DNA from: Candidatus Daviesbacteria bacterium
GTDB taxonomy: Bacteria > Patescibacteriota > Microgenomatia > Daviesbacterales > UBA10151
Assembly (NCBI GenBank): GCA_016176335.1
Contig: JACOXI010000003.1
Coordinates: 386,477-450,476, forward strand
Direction of reading: 5' to 3'
Length of the DNA stretch: 64,000 bases
Position 1 is the stretch's first letter; every line of letters starts with the position of its first letter. Under the pieces are notes generated by a model that did not search any database, had not been told where the DNA came from, and worked only from the letters and a program-made list of their open reading frames with translations. Made by a program: the position numbers and the translations under genes. Of this stretch, positions 40,327 to 48,637 are shown piece by piece.

Positions 40327-41862
40327 TCATGGGATATAAAGCTTTCCAGTTAAGTATTCTCTTACCCGAGGTGTGATATTTGTTAGAGTTTTTTTTTGAA
40401 GTTGGAATGTATAAACATTTTCAATAGGTATTTTTATGGGATTATAGCCGTATCTTTTTAGTTCTTTGCTTTCCGGCCCGCTTAAAACATCAATTAAGCT
40501 CTCCATGTTGTCGGCAGGAAAGGGGGATTTTTGGTAATCCATTCCAAATCTTGGATCAATAAGCATCATATGATAGGAAAATCCAAAAGTTATAGCATTA
40601 TACAGATAAAAAGGATTATCTGAAATAAATAGAAAAACTGACGGAGCATCATTTTTTGGCGCCCCAATTTGTGATGTTATAAACTTGAATTGTTTTTCAG
40701 CATCTTCTGCTAATCTTCCATTTTCAGATAGCATATCAAAATAATTCCTCAAGCTGATTAAGTTAATAATGATTATTATATTTATGAAACTAATCGCCAA
40801 AATTTTATAAAATTGATTTCTTTGTCTTAAAAGTTCTGACAAAAGAATTGCAAACGCTACCAATATATATGCACCGGGTATAATTAGATATCTGTGGTCA
40901 GAAGATAATGTTCCCGCAGGACCAAACACTATCAAAGGAATTATTAAGAAAAAGACGGACACAGATAAACTAATTAAAGTGAAGAGATATTTTTGAGAAC
41001 GGAGCTTGATAAGCATGATAGGTAGACCTAGGAAGATTAAAATAACCAAAAGGGCTTTTAATTCGTTTGTTATCTTAAATAAAGTATCAGGTAGTATTGC
41101 ATTCTCAATGTTTGAGAAAATGCTTAATATAAAGTTTTTCCATTGACTTACAGATTGAACAAAAGAATTCATATAAACAGTATCATCTGATGATCTAGTT
41201 AAAAATCTATAACCAAGAATCGGAGAGAAGAAAACGAGGATTTGAAATAAAAACCTCTTTAAATTCTGTATATTAATTTTCCCTATATTAGAGATAATTA
41301 GTAGAGGAGTGATGAATAGAAGTCCATGCATTCTGTTTTGAGTTACGATGAATGATGATGTAAGAATAAGAGATGTTAATATGCCCCGTTTTGATAATTG
41401 AAAATCTTTTGAATAATATAGGTAGATAAATAAATTAAAAAGTGTAATTGAAATATAAGTATTCATATTAAATACCCAGTTAGTTGTTTCTATTCCTGCA
41501 AACATGCAAGCAAAGAAGACAGACGAAAGAAAGCCGGCTCGTTTATCCTTACTTGCAGCGGAGACTGCAGGATAGAAAGAAATTGCAGCAATAACTCTAA
41601 GGATTATGGATACCAGATAGTATGGAAAAGGATTAAAAGAAAATAATCTATAAATAATTCCCATAATGATATTTGCAAACACATAATTACCATAATCAGT
41701 AGAGTAATTTGTTAAATCAAAGTGTGACCCAAAAGCAGTAAAGTCTTTAATATATCTATAAAGAGTCAACCAACTATCACCATCTAAGGCAAAATGCAAA
41801 CTTTGTCCTATTGCGAAAAAAGTAATAAAAATCATTAGCAGGGAAAATAAAGTAAATTTCAT
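40327..41862 (-). CDS. GT-C-like multi-pass membrane protein
   Basis: DGDSW after TM1, P.PYY, GIE.T.W.FN.N, RMHG. Paralog of 44795..46738. ATGA coupling supports start 41862. Confidence 0.62.
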   Translation of the reverse strand: MKFTLFSLLMIFITFFAIGQSLHFALDGDSWLTLYRYIKDFTAFGSHFDLTNYSTDYGNYVFANIIMGIIYRLFSFNPFPYYLVSIILRVIAAISFYPAVSAASKDKRAGFLSSVFFACMFAGIETTNWVFNMNTYISITLFNLFIYLYYSKDFQLSKRGILTSLILTSSFIVTQNRMHGLLFITPLLIISNIGKINIQNLKRFLFQILVFFSPILGYRFLTRSSDDTVYMNSFVQSVSQWKNFILSIFSNIENAILPDTLFKITNELKALLVILIFLGLPIMLIKLRSQKYLFTLISLSVSVFFLIIPLIVFGPAGTLSSDHRYLIIPGAYILVAFAILLSELLRQRNQFYKILAISFINIIIIINLISLRNYFDMLSENGRLAEDAEKQFKFITSQIGAPKNDAPSVFLFISDNPFYLYNAITFGFSYHMMLIDPRFGMDYQKSPFPADNMESLIDVLSGPESKELKRYGYNPIKIPIENVYTFQLQKKTLTNITPRVREYLTGKLYIP

Positions 41863-42413
41863 TTTTGAATAAGAAATGCTATATGGGAGAAAGGGTACCA
41901 AAAGGGTTTCCTCATTACTTTTACTTCTAATTTTACATGAAGCTTTTTAAAAAGACTCTTCCATTCTGACAAATCCCTGAAAGATAAAGGTGTGCTTAGA
42001 TCTCCATAATGAAATTTATTAAGGGTAGCATCACTAATTTTTGCCACAAGACTCGGTTTCATTTCAAATATTAGTACTTTTTTGGCAACTCTTAAAGCAT
42101 CCTTTATAAGATTTTCTTGATTTTCTTTTGGAATATGATGGAGTACATCGTTTAATAAGGCCGTATCAAATTTACGTTTAAACTTTGGTAATTTGTCACT
42201 GGCCATTTTTTTAAAAGGAATATCATTATAAATCAAGTAATTTTTTATATCACACGCTTGTAGTTGTAATGAATAATGATGCCTTAATAGTTTTGTAATA
42301 GTTCCCCTACCGCAACCAATATCTAACACTCTTTCATTTTCTTTGAGCCATTTATCATAGGCTGTGGTCATCAGACGGAAGCGATAGGATGATGTTTTTT
42401 GGAAGATATTCAT
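41859..42413 (-). CDS. Class I SAM-dependent methyltransferase
   Basis: VLDIGCGRG, FD, DVLHH, RVAKK..IFE. Confidence 0.85.
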   Translation of the reverse strand: MNIFQKTSSYRFRLMTTAYDKWLKENERVLDIGCGRGTITKLLRHHYSLQLQACDIKNYLIYNDIPFKKMASDKLPKFKRKFDTALLNDVLHHIPKENQENLIKDALRVAKKVLIFEMKPSLVAKISDATLNKFHYGDLSTPLSFRDLSEWKSLFKKLHVKLEVKVMRKPFWYPFSHIAFLIQK

Positions 42414-43159
42414 CACTTTTTATCATTTTTTGCTAAAACTATCAGTGCGTTACCATAAGATATGAATTTTTTGAAAAATACATATTGAATAATGAAAATG
42501 GGCAGCCACAAAAAGGAAGTTCTGTCTAGAATAGATGATATGATTGGTATGTTCCAAGCATAGGAAAAAGAGCTTTGTTCGGTTTGTTTCTCTCTATCTA
42601 CTACTCTTTTTTTATTGCTAATTATTTTAGTGTAAATCCTTCGAAGAGCCCAAAAGACAGGGAAAGTGTAATCGCAAAAGATAATTGGTTTAAATCCAGC
42701 TTTGATGAGTTTTTCTTTTAATTCATTTTGGGTATATCTTCTAAAATGTCCATAAAAGTTGTCATCCCATCTCCATTCTTTAGGATTACTTGGGGTAGCA
42801 ATGACTAAATGTCCGTGCCGCGATAACAACAAATTAGCCTTTCTTAAAGCAGAAGTATCATCCTTGATATGTTCTAAAATATCGAACATTAAGACAGTAT
42901 TATATTTACCGGAAACTTTTGAAAAGAATTTTTTTTCCATCTTTACCTTTTGGTATCCTTTTAAATTTTCCTTGGTAATATTTACAGCTTTGCGAGAGTA
43001 ATCAATTGCTACGCCTTCCCAACCTTTACTTGCTAAATGTTTAGATAAGTATCCGGTTCCGCAGGCAACATCAAGAAATGGTGGCTTCAGATAGTATTTC
43101 TCAATAAGCTTATTCAGTATAAATAGAGCATAGTTATTTAGAGGTTTGAAATTAGCCAT
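42413..43159 (-). CDS. Class I SAM-dependent methyltransferase
   Basis: LDVACGTG, DILEHI.DD, W..DD..YGH.RRY. Start set at ATG 43159. Confidence 0.85.
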   Translation of the reverse strand: MANFKPLNNYALFILNKLIEKYYLKPPFLDVACGTGYLSKHLASKGWEGVAIDYSRKAVNITKENLKGYQKVKMEKKFFSKVSGKYNTVLMFDILEHIKDDTSALRKANLLLSRHGHLVIATPSNPKEWRWDDNFYGHFRRYTQNELKEKLIKAGFKPIIFCDYTFPVFWALRRIYTKIISNKKRVVDREKQTEQSSFSYAWNIPIISSILDRTSFLWLPIFIIQYVFFKKFISYGNALIVLAKNDKK

Positions 43160-43160
43160 A

Positions 43161-43958
43161 TTATTTTTTGATGATTCCAAATTCCTGAAATCTAAAAAAA
43201 ATAGCTTTAATTTTATTTGTAAACTTTTTAAAAGTCTTTTCGTAACTTATATCGTCACTGACTAAAAGTCCATTTTTTTTAATATATGGCCAGCAAGTTT
43301 CATATTCAAAAGCCATAGTTTTATCCGAATGCTCACTGTCATGAAAAAATATATTGATTTCGCCTAATTCTTTAAGTAAGACTGGTAATTTATCACGAGT
43401 ATTTCCTAAAAAAAGTTTCCAGTTTGTCTTTAAATTAGCCGGTACCAGAAATCCTGGTATTTTTCCGGCTGGCAAACTGTCCAGATGAAGTTTATGATTT
43501 CCGTATATATACCACTGAAAAGGAAGATCTATTGAATAAAGTTTACCAAACCCGTTGTCTTTTAATGCTCGCAATATATATCCTGTAGATTCTCCTGCTG
43601 CTACTCCAGTTTCTACAACATTTTTTGGTTTTAGCTTTCTGACCAAAAAATAAAGAATTTGAAATTTACTCCAAAGATGAGGTTCTAAAACTTCATAACT
43701 TTTCTGTTTTGTATAATCAAAACTTTTTCCATATTTTTTATAAAGCAGAACTGTTTTATTAATTGCAGTTGTTGCTTTTTTAGTGTGTTTTTCAACTAAT
43801 ACATTTTTTGCAAAAAATCTGGGAGAGGCAATTAATTTTTCAAGAATAAATACTAAAATTGCGGGAGTTTCTTTGGGATTATTTATCCAGAATTTTAATA
43901 AAGTAATCGATAATTCTTTAACCCACAACAAGGCTCTTTTTAGATATTTTAATTCCAT
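43161..43958 (-). CDS. SAM-dependent methyltransferase (Methyltransf_24-like)
   Basis: VVETGVAAG.ST, LYSIDLP, FFHDS.H, SDD. Confidence 0.85.
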   Translation of the reverse strand: MELKYLKRALLWVKELSITLLKFWINNPKETPAILVFILEKLIASPRFFAKNVLVEKHTKKATTAINKTVLLYKKYGKSFDYTKQKSYEVLEPHLWSKFQILYFLVRKLKPKNVVETGVAAGESTGYILRALKDNGFGKLYSIDLPFQWYIYGNHKLHLDSLPAGKIPGFLVPANLKTNWKLFLGNTRDKLPVLLKELGEINIFFHDSEHSDKTMAFEYETCWPYIKKNGLLVSDDISYEKTFKKFTNKIKAIFFRFQEFGIIKK

Positions 43959-43998
43959 TTTCTTGCAAGATTAATATGGCTAGGTTAACATTACGACA

Positions 43999-44856
43999 AT
44001 GAGCAATGCAACAGGGAAGGCGCTTGTTTCCATCATAATTCCTGCATTTAATGAGGAGAGAATTATCGGTAAGTGTCTGGAATCTGTTGCCAGACAGAGT
44101 TTTAAAAACATAGAAGTTGTTTTGGTTGATGATTGCTCAAGTGATAATACTAATGCTGTAGTCCAAGATAAGATTAAAAAATTGAAGTTAAATCTTAATT
44201 TGATAAGTCTTAAGAGTCACCAGGAAAGAGGAAAAGTAAGAAACTTAGGCTCTAAAAAAGCGAAAGGAGAATACCTTTTATTTATTGATGCAGACATGAT
44301 ACTGACTAAAAAAGTTATTGCAGAATGCCTAACTAAAATTATGGGTAAACTGGATATAGGTGGGATTATTATTCCGGAGGAATCTAGGGGAGTTGGATTT
44401 TGGGCAAAGTGTCGGCGCTTAGAAAAAAAATGCTACCTCGGAGATGACAGTATAGAAGCTGCCAGATTTTTTAAAAAAAATGCTTTTTGGAAAGTTGGAG
44501 GTTGGGATGAAGAGATGATATCGGGAGAGGATTGGGATTTAACCAGAAGGATTAGAGAAAAGTATGAAGTTATAAGAGTCAATGCTGAAATTCTCCATGA
44601 CGAAGGCAAATTAACCCTTTGGATGGTCGCCAAAAAGAAATTTTATTATGCTTTCAAATCAGGGATATATCTTAAAAAATATCCTTTAAAAATAACGGAT
44701 TTATTTTTTTTCATTTTTAGACCTGCATATTTGAAAAATTGGAAATTGATTCTTTCAGATCCTACCCGCGGAGCAGGTATGTTTTTTTTGAAAGCTATTG
44801 AAATGTTTGCGGGAGGGATAGGGTACCTTTTTTCAAAGCTTCCAAATCTACCTTAA
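43999..44856 (+). CDS. GT2 glycosyltransferase, paralog of 31556..32392
   Basis: VSIIIPAFNEE, DD.SSD, RN.G, IDAD, EAARFF, GEDWDL. Confidence 0.88.
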   Translation: MSNATGKALVSIIIPAFNEERIIGKCLESVARQSFKNIEVVLVDDCSSDNTNAVVQDKIKKLKLNLNLISLKSHQERGKVRNLGSKKAKGEYLLFIDADMILTKKVIAECLTKIMGKLDIGGIIIPEESRGVGFWAKCRRLEKKCYLGDDSIEAARFFKKNAFWKVGGWDEEMISGEDWDLTRRIREKYEVIRVNAEILHDEGKLTLWMVAKKKFYYAFKSGIYLKKYPLKITDLFFFIFRPAYLKNWKLILSDPTRGAGMFFLKAIEMFAGGIGYLFSKLPNLP

Positions 44857-46738
44857 GCTTTTCTCGTACCTGTTCGGTAACGTTGTACATCTCTTTATTT
44901 TGTAGGGCAAATGCATGAATTCTGTCAATTGTTGTCGGAATTGGTTTACGGCCTTGTTTAATTAGGTATCTTCCATCATAAACAGAGGAAAGTATGCTTT
45001 CATATTCATTGACGACCATGAATGTGCTGTAATCCCAGTTTCTGGTATTGTAGAATATGGAGGCTCTTCCGTAGAAACCAAAACGTATTGCTTCAGCAAT
45101 TTCGGCACTTTGTTGGTCGGTCAGCAGCAAGAAAATATTCAACCCATCTCTATCGATTTTGGAGACTTCGGTTATGATTATATTCCAAAATTTGGTATCA
45201 ATTTGCTTACTTCTGTAAGTTGCAACATAGGTTAAATAATCGTTTGCAAACATAACGTGCATAAATATAAAAAGTACGATTAGCAAATAAGTGATTCCTA
45301 ATAAAAAAAATTTTCTTTTTTTATTTAAATAATCTATCGTAATAAACGAAACTACTGCCATCCAGATTGCGAGACCTGCTCCTTGTTGAACAGAATACCT
45401 TCCCCAGGTAAGTATGATTCCATATGGACTTATAATCCATGGAAACAGTATGAAAGTAAACATCCATCCCAGTCCTAACAAAAGCATTAGGGCAATAAGT
45501 GGTTTAGTATTTTTGAGTAAGAAAAATAACCATACGGAAAAAATAATAGTAAATCCGCCAACGAGAGCAAAGGCAACTCTCGGGTATGAAAAAGTGTTTA
45601 TATTAACTTTTTGAAGGAGATAGATAAATAATATCCAAAAACATAAATTTAAAATATACAAAAAAGAAACCTTTTTTTTAATTCTTGCGAAATAAAGAAC
45701 AATATATGTTAATCCACCGTATACCAGAGAAATGGGAAGTATATAAGAAAAGAAGGTGAAAGGGGGTCTCCAAAGTAGAGATATTTGTGAAAAAGGAATT
45801 TTGTTCCAAAGCATATCCGGCATAATATAATTTCCCAGTGTTGCAATTGGATCAATAATTAAATCCGACTGTCCGGCAATAAATTTTTGCCTTAAAAAGT
45901 CAATTCCTTCCAACGATCTTTGGGTATTCCACTCCCTTGCACCGTAGCCGTTGCCTATAAAGAAAGGCCCGATTTCAAAACCTTTTATTAAATGGTCTCT
46001 GATTAAAAAATACAAATCACTAACCCCGTATAGAATAATGTAGTTAGTAACGATAAGAATAAATATTCTTAGGGAAGCAATTTTCAGATTAAACTTTTTT
46101 CCGTCGATCAGCCACCAGCCCAGCTCTAAAATTAAAATAAGGGGTATCATTCCGTGCATTCTAGGGGGGGATACAACAAGAGCGCTCGCAAATAGCAAAG
46201 CAGAAATTATTAGTGGTTTGATTTTTAAAGTTTCTTTTGCTTTAAAGTACCAAACAAAGAATAATGTCAATATGCCGATACCTAATATATGGTTGTAATT
46301 GAAGGCCCAGTCCGTTGCCTCTATCCCCAAATAAGTTACCGCAAAAAAACAGCTTGCCAAAAAAGCTATCATAGTTTCCTCGGTAATCTTTTTGAGAAGA
46401 TAGAAAAGACTCAAAGCGACAAGTACTCTTGATATAAATGATGCGAGAAAATAATAAAATGGTTCATATCCAAAGACTCTACTGATGATGGAGAGGAAAA
46501 AATAATGAGGGCAGTATGTACAAAAATAAGTAAATGGGTTAAAGTAACTAGCCTCTTTTCTAATATCGAAGATTCCCCAAATAAGATAGTGTATCCCCCA
46601 ATCATCCCCTCCTAATGCTAAGTTGAAAGCGCCCCTTACAGTAATAAATGATAAAAAAGAGATAAAAATAATTAAGAGAACAAATGCACTGAAAGATTTT
46701 TTTCTGTAAGTTGTTTCTAGTTTCTGTTCTAATTGCAT
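44795..46738 (-). CDS. GT-C-like multi-pass membrane protein
   Basis: GGDDWG after TM1, GIE.TDW.FN.N, PPRMHG, RY. 647 aa. Confidence 0.62.
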   Translation of the reverse strand: MQLEQKLETTYRKKSFSAFVLLIIFISFLSFITVRGAFNLALGGDDWGIHYLIWGIFDIRKEASYFNPFTYFCTYCPHYFFLSIISRVFGYEPFYYFLASFISRVLVALSLFYLLKKITEETMIAFLASCFFAVTYLGIEATDWAFNYNHILGIGILTLFFVWYFKAKETLKIKPLIISALLFASALVVSPPRMHGMIPLILILELGWWLIDGKKFNLKIASLRIFILIVTNYIILYGVSDLYFLIRDHLIKGFEIGPFFIGNGYGAREWNTQRSLEGIDFLRQKFIAGQSDLIIDPIATLGNYIMPDMLWNKIPFSQISLLWRPPFTFFSYILPISLVYGGLTYIVLYFARIKKKVSFLYILNLCFWILFIYLLQKVNINTFSYPRVAFALVGGFTIIFSVWLFFLLKNTKPLIALMLLLGLGWMFTFILFPWIISPYGIILTWGRYSVQQGAGLAIWMAVVSFITIDYLNKKRKFFLLGITYLLIVLFIFMHVMFANDYLTYVATYRSKQIDTKFWNIIITEVSKIDRDGLNIFLLLTDQQSAEIAEAIRFGFYGRASIFYNTRNWDYSTFMVVNEYESILSSVYDGRYLIKQGRKPIPTTIDRIHAFALQNKEMYNVTEQVREKLKVDLEALKKGTLSLPQTFQ

Positions 46739-46746
46739 TTTATGAG

Positions 46747-46758
46747 GTAGAATTCTAC
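46747..46758. promoter_or_regulatory. Palindrome GTAGAATTCTAC giving a TAGAAT -10 box on both strands
   Basis: Perfect 12-bp palindrome in the 23-nt gap between divergent ATGs at 46738 and 46762. Confidence 0.5.
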
Positions 46759-46761
46759 AGT

Positions 46762-47997
46762 ATGAAAAATACTAAACCTTCAATTTATATTATCGCACTC
46801 TCTTCTTTGGGACAAGGACTTTCCGGAGGAGACAGGATATATATTGAGCTTGCAAGAAGATGGAGTAAAAAGCACCTAGTGACTGTTATCGTTTGGGAAG
46901 AAGGACGGGAGATGTTGCAAAGACAACATCTAATAGATAATGGACAATGGTTAATGATTAGAACTCTGAAGATGGGGGGATGGTGTAAATTTGGCTTTAT
47001 TATCTGCTACTTTGCACGGATCATTCGCTCTTTAATTTTTGCTTTGACATTTGATGTATCAACTATCAATTATCAACCATCAGCCACGATTTATTCTGCT
47101 TCTGAATTTTGGATGGATTCACTGCCGGCTTTTATACTTAAGGTGCGCTTCTCAAAAATGACTTGGGCAGCGGCTTGGTATCAGACCGCCCCAAACCCGT
47201 TTAAAGGTTTTGCCGAAGGGAAAAGAGATAAAGTTTATAGATTTAGGACATTTTTATATTGGTTTGTCCAACTTCCTATCAAGCCTCTGATTTCCAAATT
47301 TGCAGATTATGTTTTGGTTAGTAATCAGAAGGAGAAGAGACAATTTCCTAAACTTGTAAAAAAAAATAAGGCAATAGTTTTTTTGGGAGCAGTTGATACT
47401 GAAGCAATATCGGAGTATATCAAAACACACAAGAGAATAATAGATAAAAAATATATTGGAGTTTTTCAGGGAAGATTTCATCCTCAAAAAGGCGTTGTCG
47501 AGTTAATTGATATTTGGAAGTTAGTAACTAAAAAAATACCGCATGCAAAACTGGCGATGATCGGGGACGGGCCTTTAATGGCAGATGTGAAGGAAAGAAT
47601 TCGAAACCTTGGACTTGAAGATAATGTTATCTTATTTGGATATCAATATGACGGCGATAAAAAATATTCAATTTTTCAAAGCAGTAAAATAGTTGTACAT
47701 CCGTCATTTTATGATAGTGGCGGTATGGCAGCAGCAGAGGCAATGGCTTTTGGGCTACCTGCTGTTGGCTTTGATTTAAAAGCATACACCTCCTATTATC
47801 CAAAGGGTATGATAAAAGTTGCAGTTGGAGATCTTCAGGCTTTTGCAAAGAAAATATTAGAACTTAATGAAAATGAAATTTTATATCATCAACTGGGGCT
47901 AAACGCAAAAGCAATGATCATGAGTCAATTTTCCTGGAATAAAAGGGCAAAGGAGATACTATCCACCTTAGAAATTCAAAATCAAAAGTTAAATTAA
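46762..47997 (+). CDS. GT4 glycosyltransferase
   Basis: SGGDRI..E, GRFHPQKG, IGDGP, DSGGMAAAEAMAFGLP. Start set at ATG 46762. Confidence 0.88.
   Translation: MKNTKPSIYIIALSSLGQGLSGGDRIYIELARRWSKKHLVTVIVWEEGREMLQRQHLIDNGQWLMIRTLKMGGWCKFGFIICYFARIIRSLIFALTFDVSTINYQPSATIYSASEFWMDSLPAFILKVRFSKMTWAAAWYQTAPNPFKGFAEGKRDKVYRFRTFLYWFVQLPIKPLISKFADYVLVSNQKEKRQFPKLVKKNKAIVFLGAVDTEAISEYIKTHKRIIDKKYIGVFQGRFHPQKGVVELIDIWKLVTKKIPHAKLAMIGDGPLMADVKERIRNLGLEDNVILFGYQYDGDKKYSIFQSSKIVVHPSFYDSGGMAAAEAMAFGLPAVGFDLKAYTSYYPKGMIKVAVGDLQAFAKKILELNENEILYHQLGLNAKAMIMSQFSWNKRAKEILSTLEIQNQKLN
46930..46957 (+). repeat. Degenerate heptamer tandem array (ctaatag ataatgg acaatgg ttaatga)
   Basis: Four 7-nt units, read in-frame as LIDNGQWLM. 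Confidence 0.5.
47057..47084 (+). repeat. Heptamer tandem array (tatcaac tatcaat tatcaac catcagc)
   Basis: Four 7-nt units, read in-frame as STINYQPSA. Confidence 0.65.
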
Positions 47998-47998
47998 G

Positions 47999-48637
47999 AT
48001 GACAAATACATTCCCGCCCACATACAAATTAATACTCAAGCACCTGTTACCAAAAGGATTCCTAAAGGTTTTGGATTTAGGTTGTGGAGTTGGTGCTGCC
48101 GCAGAGGTTTTAAATAAGGGCAAGATCCATCAGTTTTTCGGTGTAGATATATACGAGCCTTATCTTAAGATATGCAGAAGGAGTGGGTTTTATAAAAAAG
48201 TTACAAAGGCTGATTTAAGAAATATAAATTTTAACAAAAAAAGCTTTGATGTGGTGATTTTATTTCAGGTGATAGAACACCTTAACAAAAAAGATGCAAA
48301 AAAACTCATCCGAAAAGCCGTGAGTGTTGCAACTAAGGCAGTGCTTATTTCCGTCCCAAATGGTCATTGTGATCAGGGAGTTTACGATGGAAATATTTAT
48401 AATAAACACAAATCAACATGGAATGCTGCGGATTTTAAAAAAATGGGCTTTAAAGTATATGGCCAAGGTTTAAAAATCATATACGGTTCTCGCAGTTACG
48501 AGGGTCGGATAGGGGCAAGCTGGTGGCAGAAAATAGTTGTCCCGCTTTCAATAATACTCCTTCCATTGGTGCTGATTTTTCCCGAGATTGCAGTGCAGCT
48601 GATAGGTGTAAAATATTTAGGAGGTGCAAGTAAATGA
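47999..48637 (+). CDS. Class I SAM-dependent methyltransferase
   Basis: VLDLGCGVG, GVDI, SFDVV, VIEHL, N.Y..H.S.W. Confidence 0.85.
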   Translation: MTNTFPPTYKLILKHLLPKGFLKVLDLGCGVGAAAEVLNKGKIHQFFGVDIYEPYLKICRRSGFYKKVTKADLRNINFNKKSFDVVILFQVIEHLNKKDAKKLIRKAVSVATKAVLISVPNGHCDQGVYDGNIYNKHKSTWNAADFKKMGFKVYGQGLKIIYGSRSYEGRIGASWWQKIVVPLSIILLPLVLIFPEIAVQLIGVKYLGGASK

